A stretch of DNA of 64,000 nucleotides from Trypanosoma brucei (Eukaryota): assembly GCA_000002445.1 (NCBI GenBank), contig CH464491.1, forward strand, positions 2,304,001-2,368,000, written 5' to 3'. Position 1 is the first letter of the stretch, and each line of letters opens with the position of its first letter. A model generated the notes under the pieces. The model made no database searches. It worked only from the letters and a program-made list of their open reading frames with translations, and was not told the DNA's origin. Positions 33,556 to 42,852 of the stretch are shown here, piece after piece. Both the position numbers and the translations under genes were made by a program.

Positions 33556-35280
33556 TTGAGTCTGACCATGTGTGGGGGAGAAGAGAATGGTGGATTGGAT
33601 CAGGCACATGTGTCCTACAGTGGCAGTGCGAGTGAGCAAAACATTGCGGAAATGATTGTAGGCCCATCAGCTTCCATCACCATGGGTTTTCCGTTTTCCA
33701 TCGATTGCAATAAGGCAGGAATGGGAAATGTGGATAAGGAACGTGTGGAAGCTATTATACGTGATGCCAGGGAAGGATCCCCCTTTCTATTGAATGAACA
33801 ACGTTTGGCTGAGGGTCGAGAGAAGCAACTGCAAGAGCTCAAACGGAAATCATCTCTCTTCACTCAGTTGTTGGGTGGTGAACGAAACGCTGCGCAGCGG
33901 AAACAGTGGGAGCTGAAGGTTTCCAAAATGGAGCAGGAGCTTGAGGCTACGCGTCGACTGGGAACTTATATCCATTTAGACATGGACATGTTTTATGCTG
34001 CTGTTGAAATCAAGAAGCATCCGGAGTACGCCACCATTCCGCTTGCCATAGGCACCATGACGAGGCTACAAACAGCAAATTACATTGCGCGTGGACGTGG
34101 TGTCCGTCCCGGTATGCCAGGTTTCCTTGCTCTAAAAATCTGCCCAAATCTACTATTACTCCCTCCCGATGATGATTCTTACTATTTGGAATCCAATATC
34201 GTACGTCGTATTGTTGCTGAATACGACCCTAATTACATAGTTGTTGGTTTGGATGACTTTACTCTCGAAGTAAGTGCCTACATAGAGCGTTTTGAGGGAA
34301 CCAAAACAGCCGAAGATGTGGCTTCTGAACTGCGTGTGCGTGTATTTGGTGAAACAAAGTTGACAGCAAGTGCTGGTATTGGACCCACTGCAGCACTTGC
34401 CAAGATTGCCAGTAATATTAATAAGCCGAATGGACAACATGATCTTAATCTTCACACCCGAGGGGATGTGATGACATACGTCAGGGATTTGGGTCTACGT
34501 TCTGTGCCTGGTGTTGGGAAGGTTACGGAAGCTCTGTTGAAGGGACTGGGTATCACCACTCTCGGCGACATTCACGATAGGCGTGTTGAACTTTGTTACA
34601 TTTTGCACAATAATTTATTTCGCTTTTTGCTTGGAGCTTCCATTGGCATTATGCAATGGCCCGATGCAGCAACGGCAGCCAATACCGAGAATTGTGAGGG
34701 GGCTACTGGAGGGCAACGGAAGGCAATCAGTAGCGAGCGATCTTTTTATGTGTTACATAGCAAAGAGCAGTTGCATGAAATGATTTACAGTATTTTTGAA
34801 GAGGCCTATGAAGAAATGCGACAGAATGAGATGTTGTGTCGTCAGATCTCCTTGCTTGTGCGTTGGTCGTCTTATCGTTATCAACAATACACAAAAAGTT
34901 TGATACAATATTCAGATGACTCTGCAACCCTTCGCCGCGCAGTGGATGGTTTACTGTTACCGCACGCTGCAAAGTATTCAGAGATGTGTTTGTTGGGGGT
35001 ACGTTTTCTTGACCTTATCTCTGCAAAAGACTTTCATATGAAAAGAAAGGGTGGTAACCAACTGTCTATTTCACAATTTATTCGCCCCAAGAAGCCGGGT
35101 GAGGTAACAGCAACCACCGGTATAAAAAGGGAGAGGACTACTGAACCGAAACAGGTTGTGGAAATAATAATATCATCAGACGACGAGGATGAGAATGATA
35201 GTGTTGGCTTGGCATCTAGCTCCACTATACTCGTTTCAACTGACAAAGGTACTGTTGAGAGGGAAGTTACCATAATTTAG
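33556..35280 (+). CDS. DNA polymerase kappa (Y-family), array copy 8
   Basis: 574 aa ORF. It has a unique N-terminal patch 'GPSASITMGFPFSID' (a 27-nt block replacing the usual 30 nt) and the cassette 'LLLLPPDDDSYYLESNIVRR'. Confidence 0.85.
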   Translation: MSLTMCGGEENGGLDQAHVSYSGSASEQNIAEMIVGPSASITMGFPFSIDCNKAGMGNVDKERVEAIIRDAREGSPFLLNEQRLAEGREKQLQELKRKSSLFTQLLGGERNAAQRKQWELKVSKMEQELEATRRLGTYIHLDMDMFYAAVEIKKHPEYATIPLAIGTMTRLQTANYIARGRGVRPGMPGFLALKICPNLLLLPPDDDSYYLESNIVRRIVAEYDPNYIVVGLDDFTLEVSAYIERFEGTKTAEDVASELRVRVFGETKLTASAGIGPTAALAKIASNINKPNGQHDLNLHTRGDVMTYVRDLGLRSVPGVGKVTEALLKGLGITTLGDIHDRRVELCYILHNNLFRFLLGASIGIMQWPDAATAANTENCEGATGGQRKAISSERSFYVLHSKEQLHEMIYSIFEEAYEEMRQNEMLCRQISLLVRWSSYRYQQYTKSLIQYSDDSATLRRAVDGLLLPHAAKYSEMCLLGVRFLDLISAKDFHMKRKGGNQLSISQFIRPKKPGEVTATTGIKRERTTEPKQVVEIIISSDDEDENDSVGLASSSTILVSTDKGTVEREVTII

Positions 35281-36073
35281 TGAAATGAGGACATCAGTCA
35301 ATAGAAATTCCCACATTGCCCAATGGCATTCATATACAAATCACCTATACACAAGTACCCATAAACAAAACACATTATACACATGTATTGTTATACACCT
35401 ATCATATGTTTTCATTTTTTGAAGTTATACTTTATATGGTTTATTACTTACATTGTTTTTTTCTTAAGCATGCTTGTGCTCATGTACAACCAGTGGAGCA
35501 ACTGGCTAATAACTCCTTCATCTTTGTGCGGACACCTTGGTGTATCCTATACTTTCTTTGAGGCCTTCTAATCCAGGTACTTTTTACACACTGTGACGCT
35601 AATAAGTGTAGTTCTTTCTTTTGATTAATGTCTACTGCGTGCAGTGATGTGAAAAAGTCTGTACTTTATTTGTATGTTTATCTTCGGGTTTGATTTGTTT
35701 GGTTGCTGATGACAGTGGAAGGTCTCTGCAATTATGAAAACTCATAAGGAGGTCCACTATAATTATACTGTTGTTCCCAGATATACGGGTGTGCGCCTAA
35801 AGGGACAGGTGACGTTCAAATTGGATATCCCTCCCATTGTTGACCGTATCTCACATTATTGGATATGTTGTAATCACTGACGGCTTGCTGTGAACTGCCA
35901 CAGCTGTACACATGCACACACATGTGATTCGGTTTTTCTTCTCCCAATATCCTTCCTTTCATATAATATAGGCAACCACACAATATTGGCACAACACCTG
36001 CTATCAAACTACCCTAACCCAAGTGTCTGTTTGTTTCTTTACGTCACTGGGAGGGTTTTAACAAGAACTAACA

Positions 36074-37801
36074 TTGAGTCTGACTATGTGTGGGGGAGAA
36101 GAGAATGGTGGATTGGATCAGGCACATGTGTCCTACAGTGGCAGTGCGAGTGAGCAAAACATTGCGGAAATGATTGTAGACCCATCAGGTTCCCGTCAGC
36201 CCACAGCATTCCAACTCACACTCGATTGCAATAAGGCAGGAATGGGAAATGTGGATAAGGAACGTGTGGAAGCTATTATACGTGATGCCAGGGAAGGCAC
36301 ACCTTTTTTATTAAATGAACAACGTTTGGCTGAGGGTCGAGAGAAGCAACTGCAAGAGCTGAAGCGGAAATCATCTCTCTTCACTCGGTTGTTGGGTGGT
36401 GAACGAAACGCTGCGCAGCGGAAACAGTGGGAGCTGAAGGTTTCCAAAATAGAACAGGAGCTTGAGGCTACGCGTCGACTGGGAACTTATATCCATTTAG
36501 ACATGGACATGTTTTATGCTGCTGTTGAAATCAAGAAGCATCCGGAGTACGCCACCATTCCGCTTGCCATAGGCACCATGACTATGATAATAACAACAAA
36601 TTATGTTGCGCGTGGACGTGGTATTCGTCAAGGTATGCCAGGTTTCCTTGCTCTAAAAATCTGCCCAAATCTACTATTACTCCCTCCCGATGATGATTCC
36701 TACTATTTGGAATCCAATATCGTACGTCGTATTGTTGCTGAATACGACCCTAATTATATAGTTGTTGGTTTGGATGACTTTACTCTCGAAGTAAGTGCCT
36801 ACATAGAGCGTTTTGAGGGAACCAAAACAGCCGAAGATGTGGCTTCTGAACTGCGTGTGCGTGTATTTGGTGAAACAAAGTTGACAGCAAGTGCTGGTAT
36901 TGGACCCACTGCAGCACTTGCCAAGATTGCCAGTAATATTAATAAGCCGAATGGACAACATGATCTTAATCTTCACACGCGAGGGGATGTGATGACATAC
37001 GTCAGGGATTTGGGTCTACGTTCTGTGCCTGGTGTTGGGAAGGTTACGGAAGCTCTGTTGAAGGGACTGGGTATCACCACTCTCTCAGATATTTACAATA
37101 GGCGTGTTGAACTTTGTTACATTTTGCACAATAATTTATTTCGCTTTTTGCTTGGAGCTTCCATTGGCATTATGCAATGGCCCGATGCAGCAACGGCAGC
37201 CAATACCGAGAATTGTGAGGGGGCTACTGGAGAGCAACGGAAGGCAATCAGTAGCGAGCGATCCATCACTACTCCACGAACCAAAGAAGGTATGCAGGAA
37301 ATGGTTGATACCGTATTCAATGGTGCCTATGAAGAAATGCGGAAGAGTGAGATAATGTGTAGACGGATATCCCTCACAATTAGATGGGCCTCTTATCGTT
37401 ATCAACAATACACAAAAAGTTTGATACAATATTCAGATGACTCTGCAACCCTTCGCCGCGCAGTAGACGAGCTCATGTTACCGCACGCTGCAAAGTATTC
37501 AGAGATGTGTTTGTTGGGGGTACGTCTCTCGGACCTTATCTCTGCAAAAGACTTTCATATGAAAAGAAAGGGTGGTAACCAACTGTCTATTTCACAATTT
37601 ATTCGCCCCAAGAAGCCGGGTGAGGTAACAGCAACCACCGGTATAAAAAGGGAGAGGACTACTGAACCGAAACAGGTTGTGGAAATAATAATATCATCAG
37701 ATGACGAGGATGAGAATGATAGTGTTGGCTTGGCATCTAGCTCCACTATACTCGTTTCAACTGGCAAAGGTACTGTTGAGAGGGAAGTTACCATAATTTA
37801 G
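36074..37801 (+). CDS. DNA polymerase kappa (Y-family), array copy 9
   Basis: 575 aa ORF with cassette 'TMTMIITTNYVARGRGIRQ' plus 'LLLLPPDDDSYYLESNIVRR'. Confidence 0.85.
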   Translation: MSLTMCGGEENGGLDQAHVSYSGSASEQNIAEMIVDPSGSRQPTAFQLTLDCNKAGMGNVDKERVEAIIRDAREGTPFLLNEQRLAEGREKQLQELKRKSSLFTRLLGGERNAAQRKQWELKVSKIEQELEATRRLGTYIHLDMDMFYAAVEIKKHPEYATIPLAIGTMTMIITTNYVARGRGIRQGMPGFLALKICPNLLLLPPDDDSYYLESNIVRRIVAEYDPNYIVVGLDDFTLEVSAYIERFEGTKTAEDVASELRVRVFGETKLTASAGIGPTAALAKIASNINKPNGQHDLNLHTRGDVMTYVRDLGLRSVPGVGKVTEALLKGLGITTLSDIYNRRVELCYILHNNLFRFLLGASIGIMQWPDAATAANTENCEGATGEQRKAISSERSITTPRTKEGMQEMVDTVFNGAYEEMRKSEIMCRRISLTIRWASYRYQQYTKSLIQYSDDSATLRRAVDELMLPHAAKYSEMCLLGVRLSDLISAKDFHMKRKGGNQLSISQFIRPKKPGEVTATTGIKRERTTEPKQVVEIIISSDDEDENDSVGLASSSTILVSTGKGTVEREVTII

Positions 37802-38594
37802 TGAAATGAGGACATCAGTCAATAGAAATTCCCACATTGCCCAATGGCATTCATATACAAATCACCTATACACAAGTACCCATAAACAAAACACATTATA
37901 CACATGTATTGTTATACACCTATCATATGTTTTCATTTTTTGAAGTTATACTTTATATGGTTTATTACTTACATTGTTTTTTTCTTAAGCATGCTTGTGC
38001 TCATGTACAACCAGTGGAGCAACTGGCTAATAACTCCTTCATCTTTGTGCGGACACCTTGGTGTATCCTATACTTTCTTTGAGGCCTTCTAATCCAGGTA
38101 CTTTTTACACACTGTGACGCTAATAAGTGTAGTTCTTTCTTTTGATTAATGTCTACTGCGTGCAGTGATGCGAAAAAGTCTGTACTTTATTTGTATGTTT
38201 ATCTTCGGGTTTGATTTGTTTGGTTGCTGATGACAGTGGAAGGTCTCTGCAATTATGAAAACTCATAAGGAGGTCCACTATAATTATACTGTTGTTCCCA
38301 GATATACGGGTGTGCGCCTAAAGGGACACGTGACGTTCAAATTGGATATCCCTCCCATTGTTGACCGTATCTCACATTATTGGATATGTTGTAATCACTG
38401 ACGGCTTGCTGTGAACTGCCACAGCTGTACACATGCACACACATGTGATTCGGTTTTTCTTCTCCCAATATCCTTCCTTTCATATAATATAGGCAACCAC
38501 ACAATATTGGCACAACACCTGCTATCAAACTACCCTAACCCAAGTGTCTGTTTGTTTCTTTACGTCACTGGGAGGGTTTTAACAAGAACTAACA

Positions 38595-40322
38595 TTGAGT
38601 CTGACTATGTGTGGGGGAGAAGAGAATGGTGGATTGGATCAGGCACATGTGTCCTACAGTGGCAGTGCGAGTGAGCAAAACATTGCGGAAATGATTGTAG
38701 ACCCATCAGGTTCCCGTCAGCCCACAGCATTCCAACTCACACTCGATTGCAATAAGGCAGGAATGGGAAATGTGGATAAGGAACGTGTGGAAGCTATTAT
38801 ACGTAATGTATCTGAGGGTTCTTCCTTTTTGATGAATGAACAACGTTTGGCTGAGGGTCGAGAGAAGCAACTGCAAGAGCTCAAACGGAAATCATCTCTC
38901 TTCACTCAGTTGTTGGGTGGTGAACGAAACGCTGCGCAGCGGAAACAGTGGGAGCTGAAGGTTTCCAAAATAGAACAGGAGCTTGAGGCTACGCGTCGAC
39001 TGGGAACTTATATCCATTTAGACATGGACATGTTTTATGCTGCTGTTGAAATCAAGAAGCATCCGGAGTACGCCGCCATTCCGCTTGCCATAGGCACCAT
39101 GACGAGGCTACAAACAGCAAATTACATTGCGCGTGGACGTGGTGTTCGATGTAGCATGCCAGGTTTCCTTGCTCTAAAAATCTGCCCGAATTTGCTCATT
39201 CTGCCTCCTGATTTCGATGCTTACAACGAGGAATCCAATACTGTGCGCCGTATTGTTGCTGAATACGACCCTAATTATATCAGCTTTGGTTTGGATGAAC
39301 TGACCCTTGAGGTAAGTGCCTACATAGAGCGTTTTGAGGGAACCAAAACAGCCGAAGATGTGGCTTCTGAACTGCGTGTGCGTGTATTTGGTGATACAAA
39401 GTTGACAGCAAGTGCTGGTATTGGACCCACTGCAGCACTTGCCAAGATTGCCAGTAATATTAATAAGCCGAATGGACAACATGATCTTAATCTTCATACC
39501 CGAGAGGATGTGATGACATACGTCAGGGATTTGGGTCTACGTTCTGTGCCTGGTGTTGGGAAGGTTACGGAAGCTCTGTTGAAGGGACTGGGTATCACCA
39601 CTCTCTCAGATATTTACAATAGGCGTGTTGAACTTTGTTACATTTTGCACAATAATTTATTTCGCTTTTTGCTTGGAGCTTCCATTGGCATTGTGCAATG
39701 GCCCGATGCAGCAACGGCAGCCAATACCGAGAATTGTGAGGGGGCTACTGGAGGGCAACGGAAGGCAATCAGTAGCGAGCGATCCATCACTACTCCACGA
39801 ACCAAAGAAGGTATGCAGGAAATGGTTGATACCGTATTCAATGGTGCCTATGAAGAAATGCGGAAGAGTGAGCTGATGTGTAGACGCATTTCGTTAAGAA
39901 TAAGGTGGGCCTCCTATCGTTATCAACAATACACAAAAAGTTTGATACAATATTCAGATGACTCTGCAACCCTTCGCCGCGCAGTGGATGGTTTACTGTT
40001 ACCGCATGCTGCAAAGTATTCAGAGATTTCACTGTTGGGGGTACGTTTTCTTGACCTTATCTTTGCAAAAGACTTTCATATGAAAAGAAAGGGTGGTAAC
40101 CAACTGTCTATTTCACAATTTATTCGCCCCAAGAAGCCGGGTGAGGTAACAGCAACCACCGGTATAAAAAGGGAGAGGACTACTGAACCGAAACAGGTTG
40201 TGGAAATAATAATATCATCAGACGACGAGGATGAGAATGATAGTGTTGGCTTGGCATCTAGCTCCACTATACTCGTTTCAACTGACAAAGGTACTGTTGA
40301 GAGGGAAGTTACCATAATTTAG
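38595..40322 (+). CDS. DNA polymerase kappa (Y-family), array copy 10 (terminal)
   Basis: 575 aa ORF. It has 'RGVRCSMPGF' and, like copy 1, 'YSEISLLGVRFLDL'. The intergenic region after it has a 30-bp deletion relative to other units. Confidence 0.85.
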   Translation: MSLTMCGGEENGGLDQAHVSYSGSASEQNIAEMIVDPSGSRQPTAFQLTLDCNKAGMGNVDKERVEAIIRNVSEGSSFLMNEQRLAEGREKQLQELKRKSSLFTQLLGGERNAAQRKQWELKVSKIEQELEATRRLGTYIHLDMDMFYAAVEIKKHPEYAAIPLAIGTMTRLQTANYIARGRGVRCSMPGFLALKICPNLLILPPDFDAYNEESNTVRRIVAEYDPNYISFGLDELTLEVSAYIERFEGTKTAEDVASELRVRVFGDTKLTASAGIGPTAALAKIASNINKPNGQHDLNLHTREDVMTYVRDLGLRSVPGVGKVTEALLKGLGITTLSDIYNRRVELCYILHNNLFRFLLGASIGIVQWPDAATAANTENCEGATGGQRKAISSERSITTPRTKEGMQEMVDTVFNGAYEEMRKSELMCRRISLRIRWASYRYQQYTKSLIQYSDDSATLRRAVDGLLLPHAAKYSEISLLGVRFLDLIFAKDFHMKRKGGNQLSISQFIRPKKPGEVTATTGIKRERTTEPKQVVEIIISSDDEDENDSVGLASSSTILVSTDKGTVEREVTII

Positions 40323-40701
40323 TGAAATGAGGACATCAGTCAATAGAAATTCCCACATTGCCCAATGGCATTCATATACAAATCACCTATACACAAGTAT
40401 TGTTATACAGCTATCATATGTTTTCATTTTTTGAAGTTATACTTTATATGGTTTATTACTTACATTGTTTTTTTCTTAAGCATGCTTGTGCTCATGTACA
40501 ACCAGTGGAGCAACTGGCTAATAACTCCTTCATCTTTGTGCGGACACCTTGGTGTATCCTATACTTTCTTTGAGGCCTTCTAATCCAGGTACTTTTTACA
40601 CACTGTGACGCTAATAAGTGTAGTTCTTTCTTTTGATTAATGTCTACTGCGTGCAGTGATGCGAAAAAGTCTGTACTTTATTTGTATGTTTATCTTCGGG
40701 T

Positions 40702-42636
40702 TTGATTTGTTTGGTTGCTGATGGCAGTGGAAGGCCTCTGCAATTATGTTTGTGTTTTTGTTTCTCTGTGTTGCTGTTTTTCTATATTTTTGGAGTTTGT
40801 TTTTTTTCTTCCTGTTTTTTTGCACTTCTTTTCTTTGCTTTCCTCTTGCAACATATTTTTTTATGTAATTGTATTTTTTTTGTGTGTGTAATGGTGGCGG
40901 ATGTTGTTTTTGTTTTAGTAGTTGAAGTTTTTGTTTGTTGTTGGATTGAGAGCGACAACGGTAGTTTGCTGATGGTTTCGTTTATTTACAGCTGCGTCTC
41001 TAGTCGTCTGATGTTTGCTAGTGTGAAGAGGGCTGTTGGGCAATATTCATGTTTTCATGTGATTTGTTCCCCGCGCTTCCACAGTAACTATGTTGTGGGG
41101 GTCAACAAGGCGCCTAGTTGGATCGCGTCCCCGACAGAAAGGCGACGAAAGTTTGGTGAAGAGTGCCTTGCCGAAGGTAAAGAGCGGGATGGCGACATGG
41201 ATGTAGAGCTTGTTCCCGTGGACGTGAAAAAGCTTGCTTTGCCCCTGCACCTCACGGACTCGATCCCGCAGGATATCGTCGATAATATCGTTGCGAGAGA
41301 TAGAACACTTGTTTTCGCGCCAAACATGAAGATACTAGACCTGCACAGGCGGTTGTCCCGGATGAAGTATCGGATAAGCGTCCAGCCGCTTGGGAAGGTG
41401 CTGCACTTCCGATTCTTTCGGCTGTGTAAATTGTCCAGCGGTATGCCCGGAGATGTTACAGTGGAAACCTTCCGCAGCATCCAGCAGAAACTCTCCGAGT
41501 ACACAAGATTTTTGGTGATGGATGAACGTTGGCCACTGGAGTTGTCATTAGAAATTACCCCCATTATTGAGCATCAACGGAAGCAAATGCTTGAATGCCA
41601 AGGGGAATGCCGCGTTTCAACGGCGGAGGATGTAATGGAGTTACTTAGTAGTGTTTTTTCCGCTGAGCTCCGCGTGGGGGCGTGGTGCGGTTTGTCTTGC
41701 ACACCAGTCTTGGCGAAGATGGCGTGCGACGAGTGTCACAGGAAACACAAACTATGCCGACAGGACTATTCTCGCGGTGGGGTAGTAGGTACCGTGCGTT
41801 ACGATATTAGGTCGCACAAGGAGGCAAAGGAGTTTGTGCAGAACCTTTCGTTGGGCGATATTCCTGTTGTTGGGAAGCCACAGGCGAGGCTCCTGGAAGA
41901 TGTTTATGGCATTACCAAATGCGGCGGGATTGCGGATCAGGAGGTAAGACTGGGTTTCAGCCTGTCGCAGTCGACGATGGAGTTCTTCCTCTCTGTAGCG
42001 TATGGCACCGTTCGACTCCCTAGCGAGGCCACCACCACGCTTTTGCGCAAACCGCCGAGATGTAAGGCCGCCCATATACGGCGCGAGTCACAGTTTGGCC
42101 GTGTGGTATCAGACGAACAGTTTATCAACACCGTAATGTCCGTCTTCGACAACGTGTACACAGACCTTGTGGAACATGATTTCGTGACGGGACGGGTCAT
42201 GATCGAGACACGCCGCACACTCCCGCGCACTCATTGGGTGGTTGAAGAGAGCGAAGACATTGCGCCCCGAACGAACGACCGCGATTTGCTGCGGGAGGTA
42301 ACGATCCGCCTCGCAAGACGTTTTGCCCCACGGCGAACCGAAGAGCTGCGAGACATTTACAGCGTTGGTGTTCATTTCGGAGACGTGCGCTCGTGGTCAG
42401 AGAATGAGAGGTTGCAGAAGAAAGCTGTTGCAGTGAGCGAAGGGGGCAGCCCCACGACAGGCGGAAGGAAGGATGGCGTTATCGGTGCGGCGAACGGTGT
42501 CCCGGCGCCTACAGTGCCCAAGGGTAGCTCTTCCGCTGGGGCACGACAGCAGAAAAGAAAGAGAACGGGCACCGGTCCAAAGCCGTTGAGGAAAGGCAAG
42601 ATGGGGGCGGCATCGGGAATTCGCATCGTCACATAA
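40702..42636 (+). CDS. divergent Y-family DNA polymerase-like protein (distant pol kappa paralog). Catalytic motifs appear degenerate.
   Basis: The 644 aa ORF aligns by eye to the pol kappa copies: 'TAEDVMELLSSVFSAELRVGAWCGLSCTPVLAKMAC' vs 'TAEDVASELRVRVFGETKLTASAGIGPTAALAKIAS'; 'LSLGDIPVVGKPQARLLEDVYGITKCGGIAD' vs 'LGLRSVPGVGKVTEALLKGLGITTLSDI'; 'SGMPGD' vs 'PGMPGY'; 'LELSLEITPIIE' vs 'LDELTLEVSAYIE'. The first 100 codons are pyrimidine-rich leader that partly lies inside the array repeat. The true start is probably a downstream Met, for example MFASVKR near 41015. Confidence 0.65.
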   Translation: MICLVADGSGRPLQLCLCFCFSVLLFFYIFGVCFFSSCFFALLFFAFLLQHIFLCNCIFFVCVMVADVVFVLVVEVFVCCWIESDNGSLLMVSFIYSCVSSRLMFASVKRAVGQYSCFHVICSPRFHSNYVVGVNKAPSWIASPTERRRKFGEECLAEGKERDGDMDVELVPVDVKKLALPLHLTDSIPQDIVDNIVARDRTLVFAPNMKILDLHRRLSRMKYRISVQPLGKVLHFRFFRLCKLSSGMPGDVTVETFRSIQQKLSEYTRFLVMDERWPLELSLEITPIIEHQRKQMLECQGECRVSTAEDVMELLSSVFSAELRVGAWCGLSCTPVLAKMACDECHRKHKLCRQDYSRGGVVGTVRYDIRSHKEAKEFVQNLSLGDIPVVGKPQARLLEDVYGITKCGGIADQEVRLGFSLSQSTMEFFLSVAYGTVRLPSEATTTLLRKPPRCKAAHIRRESQFGRVVSDEQFINTVMSVFDNVYTDLVEHDFVTGRVMIETRRTLPRTHWVVEESEDIAPRTNDRDLLREVTIRLARRFAPRRTEELRDIYSVGVHFGDVRSWSENERLQKKAVAVSEGGSPTTGGRKDGVIGAANGVPAPTVPKGSSSAGARQQKRKRTGTGPKPLRKGKMGAASGIRIVT

Positions 42637-42852
42637 GTGGTGTTGATGGTGGCCACTAATTGCAGATTCTTATTTGGTCGTGGGAGCACTGTTGCTTGCA
42701 AGTGGCCGGTGTACTGCGCGGGGGCAACACTTCAACATGCAGCCGGGCTGAACGGGGCGCGAAGGAAACAGCCGTCGAACCAGAGGTTCTACAAACCCGC
42801 GATGCGTTGATGAGCTAAACGCTTCGTCGAGCACGTACGCTACTCAAAGGCT

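Larger units (their letters stand above)
14815..40745 (+). repeat. tandem array of about 10.3 units of a 2.52 kb repeat. Each unit is a pol kappa CDS of about 1.73 kb plus about 0.79 kb of conserved intergenic sequence.
   Basis: ATG-to-ATG spacings are 2518, 2521, 2521, 2418, 2521, 2077 (gap-containing), 2518 and 2521 bp. Unit boundaries fall at 'cataaggaggtccact' (start) and 'ctctgcaattatg' (end). The array is interrupted by a scaffold gap between copies 1 and 2, so the true copy number could be higher. Confidence 0.9.

Noticed and set aside
14815-40745. Regularly spaced repeats that might superficially suggest a CRISPR-like array
   Set aside because: Units are 2.5 kb gene-plus-spacer repeats in a eukaryotic, intron-less, polycistronic context. 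There are no short repeat/spacer alternation and no cas genes.
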